Shown: piece after piece, positions 50,591 to 64,000 of the stretch
Numbering within the stretch: position 1 is the stretch's first letter
Layout of the letters: every line of letters begins with the position of its first letter
Source of the DNA: Nageia nagi
Lineage: Eukaryota > Plantae > Pinophyta
Direction: 5' to 3'
Length of the DNA: 64,000 nucleotides
Assembly: GCA_050084985.1 (NCBI GenBank)
Contig: JBITNC010000001.1
Span: 2,542,001-2,606,000 of the forward strand
Made by a program: the position numbers and the translations under genes
The notes under the pieces: model-generated
The model's database searches: none
Seen by the model: only the letters and a program-made list of their open reading frames with translations
Told to the model about the DNA's origin: nothing

Positions 50591-53500
50591 ACAATAAATG
50601 ATTATTATGGCATCTATTATAGATGATTTTTACCACTTTTATCATAGAGTGTGAAATTTAGCATGCCCACGAGGTTTTGCTTCTCTTCCTTCATCAAAGT
50701 GGTGAAATCCTCCTCTAATATGAAAACATTATCTATGAATTTTATCTCGTGAATGTAGTATATTGATTTGATAACAATGTATACCCTATATAGTATGCCC
50801 ATAAAATAGAAACCTAGGAGTTCCTCTATAAATCACATTATCTCATTCCATACTCTCTTCTTCCTAGGAAACATGGTAGGCTTAGTTCATTACAAATAGA
50901 GTAATTGATCTATGACAATAGCTCCTCTTATTCCTTTATGCACTATGACTCTATTTCCCCTTCTATAAAACTAAGCATTGTGATGTAGTTACAAGATGGA
51001 AATGTCCTAGTTGACTTGCCTTCGTTAAATAGAGCCCCTTAGTGGATTTAGAATTATTTAATTTGGGTTATTGTGCATCTGTAATGCTAAAGGCTAGTGG
51101 GCACATGTTCAATTGCTATGAGTTTTAATTATGATCCTTAGATTATGTTTATTTTAGTTAGATTTTGTGGATGTCTTGAAATTGGTACCTGTACACTGCA
51201 AATGTGTAATGAGATCATATTTTTTTAATTTGTATAATTTATTTATATTTATTTCATTATTTTTTTTATAAGGGTTAAAATAGTTAACGGGTTTTCAAAA
51301 AAAAGGGCCCCAAAACCTGTACTTACATAGAAAAATATTCAATGCAAGATCATGAGAGACAAAATAAACTACTATGAGATTCTCCAATCTAATTCCTAGC
51401 ACTATGGGTACTGTTCTGACTTTCTTAGATTTTGCTTGCTATAGAAATTGTAGCATTCATAATAGTTACACACTACTACAGCTACTATCCTTTATGTTAT
51501 CCTTCTCACAATTTTGCTAGATCAAAAAATGCATTCTTACACTTCAGACTGCGTAAGTAGTATTTGTATGTTGCATTCTCCATATCTTTTGATATGGCTA
51601 CATAATTTGCATCTATGTTACTAGTAACAAGAGATCTTGCATTTCTCATGGAGGAATTTGACTTGTTCACCATTGAGACAATTGAACTTCGAGTGGGACT
51701 TGACTCTCCTTGGCTTTGATATATTTATTTCGTTATTGTAATCATTTGAATTTATTAATTATTGATGGATCTATACCATATGGTATAGTTTTATTTTAAA
51801 TGATCTCACATCTAGGACATCATCTATCATCATTTGTAATAGGAAGTATTAATTTATTGAATATTTGGTTTTAACACTAGCTCTGATTATAAATGTTGGT
51901 GCTCGACTTTACATGTTATTCATTTTTGCAAATAATAGTTTGTTTAGAGTAATTCAAATTATAAAAGTTATCAAGGACATCATGAATTCTTTGTGATGGA
52001 GAGATTTTTCTTCTATTGACGGGGATGATGATTATGAGTTTGAACTACCATTGAATTTACTATTAAGTTGAAGAAGTGGTAAAGTAGAAAAATTTAGCTT
52101 AACAGAAGGTTGCTTTAATACTGGTGGATCTATTTTGAGGTTTATATTATAGTAATATTTAGAATATAGATTCCTCCTATCATCATCTGCATAGTGCTCA
52201 TATAATATAATGAATGGTAGTGGATTTCAACATGTAGAATCAATTTTTGCTATATATGGAATATGTAATAGAAGGGAAAGATCATAGAAGTAGAATATGT
52301 AGTATGTTTTGATGCATATTTTGTTTAATATATATATTATAACACACTAAAAATTCCCTTTATGGAAGAATGTACGATCTTTTTATTCCCACTCAAATGC
52401 ATCTGGTTACATAGGTTACCATGAAAGGAAAATTACAATATGGTAATGATTTAGCCAACCAAATACAATTAGAATGAGAGATCTTAGGACTCCCAAAATG
52501 CCACAAATAAAATAATGACCACTCATAACCTACAAATCTTGCACCTGCAAGTTGAATACAATGATGTCAAATTACCTAACTTTGGACCCATCAGAGTGAG
52601 ATCCAACCTAAGCAGAGATAAAAAGAAGTGAAAAATTATTACATAGAATTAAAACCTAACATAACGTTGAAATATTAAACATAGATCAATCTTGTTGCTA
52701 ATGTCAAATTGAAGAAAACATGAAGAGCAAATAATAGAACCAAACAAAATCATCCATATGATTTTCAACAGCGTACAAATAGTTTGTATGATTTTTTTCC
52801 AGCTAAGCTTTCACGCGTTTTAGTCTAATGGGTATCTCTAAAATGCTTCTTAGGCTCTTCTAGTCAATTCTAAACCTCCAAATACTCTAAACCTTAAAAA
52901 TATTTATACATATAGAACATACACAAACATGCATATAAAAGATGGATAATACATGCTATGTTAATAATGGAAATAACATAAACTCACAAAGCTTGGATAG
53001 ATGTTAGAAATCTAAGCAACACTTCATTGCATAAAATTGGGGGCTCTAAATGTGTCTCTCATCTCTTATTTATATATTATTGCATGCTTAGTGTAAACAT
53101 CATAAAAATGTATTTTTACCTTATGATAATATTTTATAGGTTTTTATGATACTTATGTTGTCATATCATGATATGTAGAACTAACATGTGATGTAACGTT
53201 TCTTGTAGATTAAATTGATGATACTTTGATACTTAATTTTATTTTACATTGAATCCCAATCATTTAGACAATTTGCTAATCATCCAAATGATCTTTTAGA
53301 CTCACAATCATTTATACGATTCTGATTGTGATTTTTATAAATAAGTGATATGGGCTCCATTTACAAGGCCTGATGCTTCATTTTCATGAGCACTTTTTGA
53401 GTTTTGAGCATTCTAAGTGCAAAATTTGACTTATGACATCAACTTTGAAGGACTATTGCTTGGGGTTACATCCTTATGCTTCATTAAACATCATTCATAG

Positions 53501-54647
53501 CTCAAGAGCTACTTCTTCAAGATGGATTTAGGTACTACTTGTCCATTAAAGCTTATTTTGAGAAAATTATGGATTTACTAGGGTTTTGATAGATCTAAAC
53601 TATCATTTGGATCTTTATCAAACCATTGTATCCACCTATAAACTTGTATATTTGCTTAATTGTGTGGCATATAGGCATTTAGCTAGGATTTCAACCTAGG
53701 GTTTTGATGTTTAAGGTCTATCCTTAGGGTTTGAATATTGTTTATCATTCTTTAGCCTAAATTGTGTTAGATCCATTCTTGTTTAGGCTAAATTATCTAT
53801 TGATATTTACATACTTTGTCCATAGTTGCACATAGTATTATTTATCATAAATTTTGGATCTTTATCATAGATTTTATCAATACTTATTCATATCTTCTCA
53901 TAATCATTTAGTTCTTGTATTGTCATATGAATTTGCACATCATTTGCATCATATGCATATATATTATTTCTACTATCCTTTTGGTTGAGGATTAGGGGGC
54001 CTACTCTCTTGTTGATTTGGAGTCTCACCCTTCTTGATTGATCATAACGCCTCAATGGCTTATTATTTAAGGTTCCCCATAACATTTTTTTTCATTTTAG
54101 GTCTCTATATATTATTTTGACATCTCAACGATAAAGGATACATTCTTAATCTATTTTTTATCATTTGTCATAACACATCATAGGAAATTTAGTAGAGTAA
54201 AGCATATGTATCTTAGAATCATTTAAAAGGTGTGTTGAGTTATTTAAGTGCAAGAAAATAGGTATTACAAAATGGAGATCATGATGGAACCTCTTTGGTA
54301 CTAAAGTCACAAATCTCAAAGGAGTTTTCTAGCCCCTTCTCATAGTTTTATGGTTCCTTATTTTTAGACATTTCCCATTTTTGGTGAATTTTAGTTGCTC
54401 ATTTTGTGTGAAACTTATAGGAAGGTTGACTAGGTAGGTATAAAATGAGATTTAAAAACCTTAAAGTCCTAATCAGAACTTAGAATAAATCATCCTATTA
54501 TCAAGTGATCCTGACTGCAAATCATTCCTTTATCAAATGATTTTACAAATCATCCAAATGACTATGAAGTTGTCCTATTATTGGATGATTGTAATTGATT
54601 TTATAAAGTGTTTTATTTAAGAAAGTCTTTATCATTTTTGCTTAGTT

Positions 54648-54792
54648 CCAAATCTATATTTAGGTGAAAAAAGTCTAGACAATAGTTGATCATCCAAACA
54701 ACTATTGAGTTCCAAATCTATATTTAGATTATAAAAGTATAGACAATCATTGATCATCTAGATGACTATTGAGTCCCAAATCTATATTTAGC
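54648..54792. repeat. About 63-bp tandem repeat, about 2.3 copies (TCCAAATCTATATTTAG..TGATCATC)
   Basis: Motif recurs near 54648, 54711 and 54775. Confidence 0.75.
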
Positions 54793-54961
54793 ATTTATTT
54801 AAATTTATTTGAGTACACTTATGATCTTCCAGGTTAATGCTGATTGTCCATATGATTGATACTATTTTTCATAGTCATCCTTATAGCAGATGATTTTGAA
54901 ACATAGAATCATAACCTTCCCTTGCATTTCACAAGCTTAGAGCAGAAAGGAATGTTCTCAC

Positions 54962-57900
54962 TAAAGGAATCAAGTATATAAGACTAAATTCCAAATTACC
55001 CAAGATAACATGAATACTTTCTCAATTCCTTAAGCATTAAGAACATAAACTTAAATTAGCATTCACACAAGATGATAACAATGTAAAGTGGTTTCTCCAA
55101 CTATGGGAGTACATACACTAATCTAAGATCTTATTATCAAAGAGAACTCTCTTACAATAACTCTTTCTCACTTCTCCTACAACCTAAACAAGAGCATAAC
55201 TTTGCTACAAACTTGAGTGAGTAATCTCAAGAAGAGGGCCTTATATTTATAGGCCAAAATCCTCTTTTAGAACACCCTTTTAGCCATTGTACAATATCAT
55301 GACATGCAACACCATTTTACCCAAGGGGCATGCTCATGAGATGAAGTGTAAGATAAGTTACATTACTTTTAAGTATTAGTGAATTTACATTATCATATTC
55401 ATTAAATACTTAAGGTATTTAAGGATACCCTTAAGTATTACATGAATTACATTAAAAGACCTTACAATAATACATTATACATTCCAACACTCCCCCTTAA
55501 TGCAATATTGGGGTAGAACGAAGAAGGAGAGAAGAAAGAGAAAGTAAAAGAGAGTTTTCCTCCATAAAGATACAATATGATATTAGAACATTTACATCTT
55601 TGAGAAATAAGCAAGATCTTAGATTGAGGCTCACTAGTTTACCATTTGACAAAATGGTTTACAATACAATCATTAATTGTAAATGGTTTCATTGTACAAA
55701 GTAGTCATTCAAACATAAGTTGATACGATGAGCCTCCACAAGTCTTCCCATTCAAAGTAGGTAATCTACACTCTCAAGAAGAAACTTACAGGCTACAATA
55801 AACTCATAAACAAGATCAATTAGATACATCATATAAATATTCATATCAACATAAGATAAATGAATCAATTAATTCCACCCATAAACTAATCAATAGTGCA
55901 CTATAAGTCATCATGATATACCAAGATAATATTCATAGTCACTTGCTTTATAAAAAATATGTGTTGATCAACATAAAAAAATAGAGCATAAGAACATACA
56001 AATTACTCACATATGGATAACTAAATAATGCCAAAAAGAACATATTAATTCCTCACATATGGATAACTAAAATAGTGCTAATAGAAGCCATCATATTCTC
56101 AAAAAATATACATCTAGTTCCTCACATGGAGAAAACTAATCACAAAGGTGTACATAAATGATCAACACTATACAACCAAAAACTCCTCCTAAAGATGAAG
56201 TTATCATCACAAACATGTATTTAATAAGAATTCAACCTTCACTCCCCTTTGAGGGAAACTCCACTAACCTAATAGATTCTCTAAGCTTATTGAACTGAGA
56301 CTTAGGAAGGATCTTGGTGAACAAATCAATGGAGTTTAGGACTAACAGACAATACTACAATTGTAAGATACCATCCATAACATTCTTCTGGATAAAATGT
56401 GATTAGATTTCAACATGTTTTGTACTTTGATGGAACATATACTTCTTTAAAAAAGTAATATTTGAATGATTATATGAAGAAATTTGATGTGGGTGAGCCT
56501 GCTCATACCCAATTTCTTTCAAAAGATGCCTCAACCAAATGGCTTCCTAGGCCACAATTGATATGGCTTGATATTCTACCTATGTGGTGGAGAGATTAGT
56601 AGTAGGCTATTTATTGGAAGCCCAAGAGATAACACCTGAACCAATGCTAAACACATAAGCAAAGGTTGATTTCCTATTATCTCTATCTCTCTCATAGTCA
56701 GAATCTAAGTACCCTGAGAAAACAAACAAGGGAAACTTAGAATACTTGAAAGTAAGATCATTCATTCCTGTAACATATCTCAAGATTTTCTTAACATCAT
56801 TAAGGTGCTCAATATATAATTTTTACATAAATTATGATATAAAGGTAATATCTAGATTCAAGATAGTCAAATAAATAAGACTTCCAATTAGTTACCTAGA
56901 AGACATTGCATTTGCCAACTAGGAGTTGGAGCTAAGAGATAAAGTGATTTTAGGAGAGACTGGGATTGTAGTAAGCTTGCACTCCTGCATTCCAATATTT
57001 TGCAATATTTGTAAGATATACTTAGATTGAATAAGGTAAGTATAATCCCTAGTTTGGTACACTTGCATTCCAAGGTAGTAGTGTAAGAGACCTATATCAG
57101 TAATTTCAAATGTTGCCTTAAGTTTTGATATGACTCTTGGATGATTTCATCATTATTATATATGATTAGAAGATCATCAACATAGAGAAGAATCAAGTCC
57201 AAGTCTTATCCCTAATTGATCACATATAGATCTGAATCGAGCAAATATTTATAGAACCTAATATTCATAAAGTATCTTAATTTTTTTTTTGTACCAAGCT
57301 TTAGGTGCTTGCTTAAGTCCATATAAGGACTTATTTAGTTTGCATACAAAATACTCTTTGCCTTACACAATAAACCCTTTTGGTTGATACATGTAGATCT
57401 CCACATCTAAATCATCATTGAGAAAAGCATTCTTGATGTCAAGTTGAAAAAAATTCCATTACTGGGTTGCTGAAAGAGCAAGGGTTAACCTGATTGTGGG
57501 CATATTTACCACTAGAGAAAAGGTTTCCTCATAATCAACTCCATATTTTGAGTAAAACCCTTAGCTCCTAACCTTTCCTTACATTTCTCAATTTCTCCAA
57601 CTGAATTGTATTTAACCTTGTAAATCTACTTATTACCAATCACATTTTGTTCATTGGGATAGGGGACCAAATACCAAGTTTGATTTTTTATCAGAGCTTC
57701 ATACTTCACTTTCATGGATTCCATCCAATATTTATGCTTCAAAGCTTCCTTGAATGATTAGGGTTCATTCTTGTTATCAATTTTTGTAAACAAAGATTTA
57801 TTTAAGGTCATACTTCTCATTATCTTTTGTCTTGGAGAATTTTACTCCTGAGGTGACTTATATAAACTAAGATCCAACTAGTTAAGTACAATAGAAGAGT

Positions 57901-59576
57901 CATTAAGGTCACCTAGGTCCATACAAGAAGCAAATTACTTAGGAATTTCATTGAAATTTACATCCCTTGAAATAAACATTGCTCTAAAGGAAGGAGAGTG
58001 GAGCCTGTAGCCTTTATGCTGATGTCATAGCCTACAAATATGCATTTTTTAGATATCTTATATAAATTATTTATTTTCTCAAAAATAATGAAGGCAGGAA
58101 TCACAACCAAAACCCTTAAGGTGAGAGATGTTAGGTTTCTTTCCTGTCCATGCCTCATATAAGATTTTGCCTTCAACTACTTTTGTAGGATACCTATTAA
58201 GTGTGTAGATAGTATTATTTACAACTTCATCCCATGAGAAACTAGGGAGATTTCCTAATATGCACCTAGCCATTTCTTGAATGGTTCTATTCTTTCTTTC
58301 ACCAAAACTATTTGTTGAGGGTTTTAGGGATTGTGAATTGCCTCTTGATCCTATATTTGGCATAATAGTCACTAAAATCATTGCTATTGTATTCACCCCC
58401 ATTTTTCAAATCTTAGCATCATGATTTTAAATTTGATCTGATTTTCAACTAAGGCTTTGAAATATTTTAACCTATTAAAGGTTTATCCTTGTGCTCAAGT
58501 AGATAACCAAATGTCATCCTATTGAAGTCATCAATGAAGGTCAAGATATAAGATGCTCCGCTAAGAGACTTAGTTTGAAATGAACCCATCAAATCTAATT
58601 ACACAAGATGAAGAGGTTGTGTTTCCCTTATTGCCTTATTTTTCTCAAATTTTTGCCTATTCATCTTTCCTAGGATGCACTTATCACAAAGATCAATTAT
58701 GGGTGATATCGATGGCAAACCTTCCAAAATTTCTTAATCTTTCATAACTTAAATGCTTTTATAGTTAAGGTATTATAATTAATGGTGCCAAATATTTCCC
58801 CTAGATAAAACATTTGTATCAAGGAACATATTTATTAGCACTTGATCCATAATGTAGAGATCATATTTTATTTATCGTTTCACGAAAGTGGCAAGTCCCT
58901 TTCTAATGCATCAAGGTATGAGTTGAACTCAAATGAGTACCTTTTCCTAATTATGAAAAGAAGGTTAATAATGAGTTATGGCACATAAAGAACATTTTAA
59001 AGAACCTTCCCATTTATCAACACACTCCCAAACCCTTGAACTTCAAGGATTGAATTATCACCAATCACAATTGCATCCTTTCTATACTTATGCAAATTTT
59101 CAAACTTAACTTTTTCAAAATACATGTGATTCATGCACCCAGAGTCAATAATCCAATTATTCGAGAAGGTGTGAGACTTGGATTAAAGACCAAAAATAAA
59201 AATATATTTACAAAATAGATTTATTATTCTTCTTATTTCCGTTGAAGTAGTTTGATTTTTCAAATCCTTTTCCACCTTATTCTTTCTTTTTTTTATAGCA
59301 ATCTAATTTCTTATGATCATAGATGCCATAAAAATTACAATTGCCATCAAATTTGGCTTTAGATTTGGATTTGATAGACTTGTAATTACTATTCTACTAT
59401 TTGTTTTCACCTTTTTTGAAGTCCTTTTTTGGAGCATGGAAAGATTTCTTTTGATTATGGAGCTTCTTTTCAAAGTGAGTCTTTGTTGTTATACTAAAAA
59501 AGTAACCTTGTTAGCAAATAAGATAAGACATGTTACAACCAATATTTTTTCTTTATTACTCTTAAATAGACCTCAA
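54962..59576 (-). mobile_element. Ty1/copia family B copy 2 (3' part; interrupted in gag)
   Basis: 3' LTR 54962-55489; PPT TTAAGGGGGAG 55490-55500; about 730-bp 3' spacer; decayed RH/RT about 56235-57720; integrase (ERKNRTIQEMARC); WIIDSG protease; gag knuckle colinear with B1. Confidence 0.88.
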
Positions 59577-60361
59577 TGATACAATGAAAAATCTCTTTTG
59601 ATTTATTGCCTTGCAAAAGGGCTCTTACAAAGTAGTATTTCAACCTCTATAGTTGTTTTATAGGGTCACTAGCAACTCATTTCAATTGATCAACAATAGT
59701 GTCTATAAGCTCCAAAAAATTATCTTCTAAAACTTGAAAAAAATATGGATTTCTCCTCTCTAATTTTGTATGAATTTCTCCATTTAGTTTTGTTGCTCTA
59801 CACCTATGGACCCTGCACAAATACAAATAGAAAAGAAATCAAACATACCTGTTTATATCATAAAAATAAGTATAATATTGGACATAAACAAGCATGTAAA
59901 GTGTAGAACAATAATGCATTTAAGTCAATAAACTTGGATGTATTTTGATGGAGTAACTTTGAATTTTTAAATTGGGTCCCTTTGCTTCATTATAGAAGAT
60001 TTTATTTATAGATTTCACAAAAAAACAAAGTTTTCAATTTTGAAACAAAAATCAAGATAGAAAAACCTATTGAGCTTTTTCATGGCTATGATCTGAAGCT
60101 GAGATGTGTGGGATGTATGATGAGTCATCCATTATCTCTTACTTTCTTTCTAAGATGCTTATAGAGTTACCATTTTTATTTGCTTTTACCAATTACAAAA
60201 TCATCGATGTCTAGGTATCGAACATCGACATCTAACTTGAGTCACTGATAATTGAAGTCAAACACTAGCAATTAGCAGACTATGGTTAGCTTTTTAATTT
60301 TACTTTAATTTTTTGTTTTTCTTTCATATTTTGAAAGAAGGATAATTTTTGGGTGTCAATA
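59577..60361 (-). mobile_element. Probable 3' LTR of a Tat/Ogre-like Ty3/gypsy element inserted into B2 gag
   Basis: Minus strand reads PPT AAAAAGGGGAAAAA (60375-60362), then T(A)TTGACACCCAAAAATT, resembling Ogre-type LTR starts. It ends ..TTTTTCATTGTATCA at 59577, about where copia homology stops. The partner LTR is not in the window. Confidence 0.55.
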
Positions 60362-60469
60362 TTTTTCCCCTTTTTGAATTATTCATTAATTGTAAGTGAG
60401 GGATAACTCAAAAAACTTACATTTCTAAAGATGGGTTCATTCAAGTTTCTTAAGTCTTATTTTTGACTT

Positions 60470-61900
60470 TAGTCAATATTTTGGATTAACCTATTCTCTA
60501 TGAATAACCCAAATTTGATTGATTGAATTATAATTAAATTAATTTTTGATCTTTTGCATTTGATGTATTTTGAAATTAATGTGGTTGTATTATCAAAGTA
60601 GAACTTGTTGGAATCACTATTCTATGTGCTGTTTGTGGTAGGTAGGTGATGAGCTGCTATGTCATCTACATATGCCAAAGTTAGCATGTGGTAAAGAAGT
60701 TACCATATGAATACATTTATCTTGATTGTTTTGCTTTTCATCCTATTTGTTAGGTTACATGATGATATTACACAAAATTTGATACAATGTACTTAATCAT
60801 ATCCAATCCCAACCTTCTGTTGCCTATCAAAAGAAGGGTCATTTTCAAATTTGGAATTACTCATAGGTTTTAATTTTTCTGAAACACTTAACCTTGGTCA
60901 AATCACTAAGTGAGTGAATTGTTTCATTTTATCTTTGATACATTTTTCAAATTTTATAGTTATATATATATATATATATATATTAGGAGTGTGAAGCATT
61001 AATGGTAGCTTTCTTAATGTGACCTCACAAGGAACCCAGGGTACACATTTTTCATCCAGATTCTTATGTTAAAAGAAAGGTTTTAAATATTTTTTGTATT
61101 TTTTTATATAGACATAAGCTAAACCTAAACTAAAAGGAGGGCTTAAGTTTATATATATATTTTGTTGGTTATTATTGTTTTGTGATTTTGATTGATTTTC
61201 ATCATCATTCATTTTTTTAGGTGGGGGTTTTGTTTAAATCCTTGACTTGTGTTGATGCTTGGTTGATGTTTAAATTTGACCTAATCTTTGTGAATAAGTC
61301 AAGTTTGATTGGTTGAATCATGATCAGCTCATGTTCTAATCATTTTTGCACTTTATCATATTTTGTAAACCATTATTGTGTATACCAAAATGATGCTCAT
61401 ATTTATCTCAATACTATGTGCTATTTATGGTAGGTACATGATGATGCTTAGCTTGTCTACATATGGCAAAGCTACTATAAGATAAATTATGGGTTTTGTG
61501 AATATAATTGGTTCAATTTTGCTAACTTCCATCCTATTAGCTAGGTTACATGATGATCTCATGCAGAAGGTCATATCACATTTGTTAATCATGTTCAATT
61601 TTCAAATTTTGAATTATTCATGAAATTTGATTTCTCTTACACATGTGATTTAGGTTATTTTAACAAGTAAGAGTCTTGTTTGTTTTTGTGTATTTTTATC
61701 ACCTCATCAAGGATTAATGATGAGGTGTGTAAGTATATTTTTAATTTTTTTTGTAAATATGTTCTTGGTATACACACATATTTCTATATTTTCTTTGCCT
61801 AGAAGAGGGGCTTAAATACTTTATATTATGATATTTTATCACTTTAGTCTTGATATGAACCTAAGCTAATCCTAAAAAAGAAGGAGGGCTTAAGTATTTC
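60470..61900. repeat. Degenerate duplication, about 770-bp period, with (TA)n at about 60962-60983
   Basis: CTATGTGCT.TTT.TGGTAGGTA, TCTACATATG.CAAAG, TAGGTTACATGATGAT and GGAGGGCTTAAG each occur twice about 750-790 bp apart. Confidence 0.7.
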
Positions 61901-62599
61901 ATTCATCATTCCTTTTTTAAAATTTTGAATGTTGTATTTTGAGTATTTGTATAATGTTATGGGTCATCAAAAATTGGTTCAAATCATCAACATCTCATGT
62001 GAATCATCGACATCTGATATAAAATTGCCAACATTCCAAGTCATGGTCAAAATAAAAAGACAAAGTGACTTGTCATTTTCTCATTTATCTTTTATGATTC
62101 TTAGGAGCTTTGGTTGACCTATCACACTCTCCATCGTGGACTACCTATTTTCATGCTTTGTCATATTTTATGAGCCAATATATCACCAAGGAGAAGATCA
62201 GTTGTCCATAGATGACAAATGAAAGAGGAGGTAGGGTTTTAAAACCCTCTTTTAAATTTTTTTGCCAAATTTTTTTTAGGGCCTAATTTAAAAATGTGAA
62301 TCCATAGAAGTAGTTTTTTTTCACATTTAGACCCTTTTAATCTATTTGAAATTTATTGTTTGATGTATTTTTTAACATTTTCCCCCTTTTTGGGTGCCTC
62401 AATTGTGATCATCAGCTAAGGCTAAAGGGTTTCAAAGTCATAGGCATTTACCCAACTATCAAATCACTAACATTTGGTCTTTAAAGTTATTTTTTTTAAC
62501 TTAGTTAATTTAGTATTCTAGGTTTGAGCTATGTTCAATTCTAAGGGTCATTACCCTATGATACTTTAGGATGGTTGTGCTTTTCTTACCATTATGGAC

Positions 62600-63500
62600 C
62601 ACATGTTTCTTCAGAGTGTGGGTTTCAGTGTTGGACCCTACATGGGTCACATCCACTAGGATTACCCTCTCATGGTAGGTTTTCTTAATATATGGGGCTC
62701 CACCATGTTTATTTTTGATCTCCTGATAAGGGAGATGATAATTACTATAGAGGATATGCATCACTTATACAAATTACCCATTCAGGGTAAAAGGATTAAA
62801 TATTTCATTGATTGAGATGACATTAGACCAACCATTTCTTATTTATATGTATCTAACCATATTGATATAATCATGTCTAATATTAGCTCAAGCAGGATCA
62901 AGTATCTTTAGTATTGGCATGACAATCAACATGGGAATATCAAGTTCTGTATCCATTGCTATGCATTACCTGATATAGGCAATGGTAGGTTTTCCTAATC
63001 ATTACTCCCAATAGTGGTAGATATGATACAACATGATACTATCTTTACTTGGGCTTCTACTTTGCTAGTATAATGTTATAAGGAGCTTTTCTTCTACTCT
63101 TAGGGTCATAGGACATTGTTGATGGTTACAGTCACTTTGTAAGCATGGAAATATGAGCATATTGTTGTGGAAAACCCTCATGGAATTCCTATTCTTGATT
63201 TTGCTACACATGCAGATAATGAATCTTTGCATGCATATCTTTAGCATCTCAAGCACATAGATGAAGATAGGCTAAGATAAAGGGTAGACAGAGATAAGAA
63301 ATAGGCCATGGTGCAATCATTGCAACAATAATAAGCAAGGGTAGAGGATGTCACAACTGGTGTAAAGAGGTACTCTTCTTCCTTTGTTAGAGATATCTAC
63401 AGATAAAAGGATTACTTTCAGGGGTAGTTGACACATAAATGGTAGGTGTTCAGACTTTAAGGCTCGATTTGAAGTATTCACTTCCTTCCCTAAGTTACAT
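62600..63500 (+). pseudogene. Plant mobile domain (PMD) relic 2
   Basis: From 62660 the plus strand reads DYPLMVGFLNIWGSTMFIFDLLIREMIITIEDMHHLYKLPIQGK, then IFTWASTLLV*CYKEL, TL*AWKYEHI, RPW: the PMD motif order. Absent from the ORF track. Confidence 0.72.
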
Positions 63501-64000
63501 CCCTTTGGATATCAATGCTCTCCTAGGTACTACAACCAATAGGGCATATAAGGGGTTGTTAGTGCAAGAGTGAGCAGAGGGAGGGATACAATGTCTCCTA
63601 GCTAGAGTACTACAACTACTTCATCTCATCATAAGCTTGGATATTCAAATATTAGGGTTTTTATATGAGAGAAGAGTATTGGTAGCCCATTAGTACAGAG
63701 AGGTCCAAAGGTCAGTGAGATCAGTGGTCAGGGTGGTGGTGAGGGAAGTGAGTATGAGGATGCCCTTAACAATTAATTATTAGTCCCTTTATGTTATGTA
63801 ATTTTGTTATTAGTTTATGATATGATGTTGATGGATGATATCTTATATTCATTTTTTATCATGGTAATCATGATTGGGATGGCATGGATGCCTAGGTGAT
63901 GGACACTATGATTATTATTTTTTGACATATATATACATGTGATGATATTTTTGGATACTAGTGTTTATGATGATAGTTTGGTAAGTTTTTATTTTGATAT

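Noticed and set aside
50617-50870. LINE endonuclease-like fragment (..RVWNEI.., FILEEDFTTL) on minus
   Set aside because: The resemblance to the GGDFN motif is too degraded to support without a search.
52250-52305. CCHC zinc knuckle remnant
   Set aside because: It needs a substitution and a frameshift and the spacing is still wrong.
55500-56235. env-like extra ORF in the B2 3' spacer
   Set aside because: No ORF of 60 aa or more on either strand.
59808-59852. GT-AG mini-intron in the gypsy LTR (minus)
   Set aside because: Only 36 nt, too short for a normal plant intron, and there is no coding context.

Overview
AT-rich plant nuclear DNA. The retrotransposon load and gene architecture suggest a large-genome seed plant, possibly a gymnosperm, but this is inference only. 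There is one intact host gene: a minus-strand, 7-coding-exon SHAQKF-type single-MYB circadian clock factor of the LHY/CCA1/RVE family (ATG 46584 to stop 36332, about 1021 aa). All six introns are GT-AG, and a CpG-rich promoter/leader lies at about 46.8-48.1 kb. The gene sits in a roughly 15 kb island free of LTR elements. The flanks hold decayed, nested LTR retrotransposons: three Ty1/copia family-A elements (1-5241, 23331-~34065, 28363-33518), two family-B elements plus a family-B solo LTR with intact TSD (5242-11355, 54962-59576, 26758-27212), an internally deleted Tork/Tnt1-like element (12806-16527), a Ty3/gypsy pol fragment, and a probable Tat/Ogre-like gypsy 3' end. Two plant-mobile-domain (PMD) relics are also present. 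Most interesting: (i) the clock protein combines LHY/CCA1 and RVE1/2/7 hallmarks; (ii) its two long introns each hold a candidate stop-containing poison exon, and its leader is uORF-rich; (iii) a copia element carries a vestigial second PPT/LTR start, suggesting U3 replacement; (iv) PMD cargo lies antisense in a gypsy-like 3' region. All calls were made by eye; no alignments or database searches were run.
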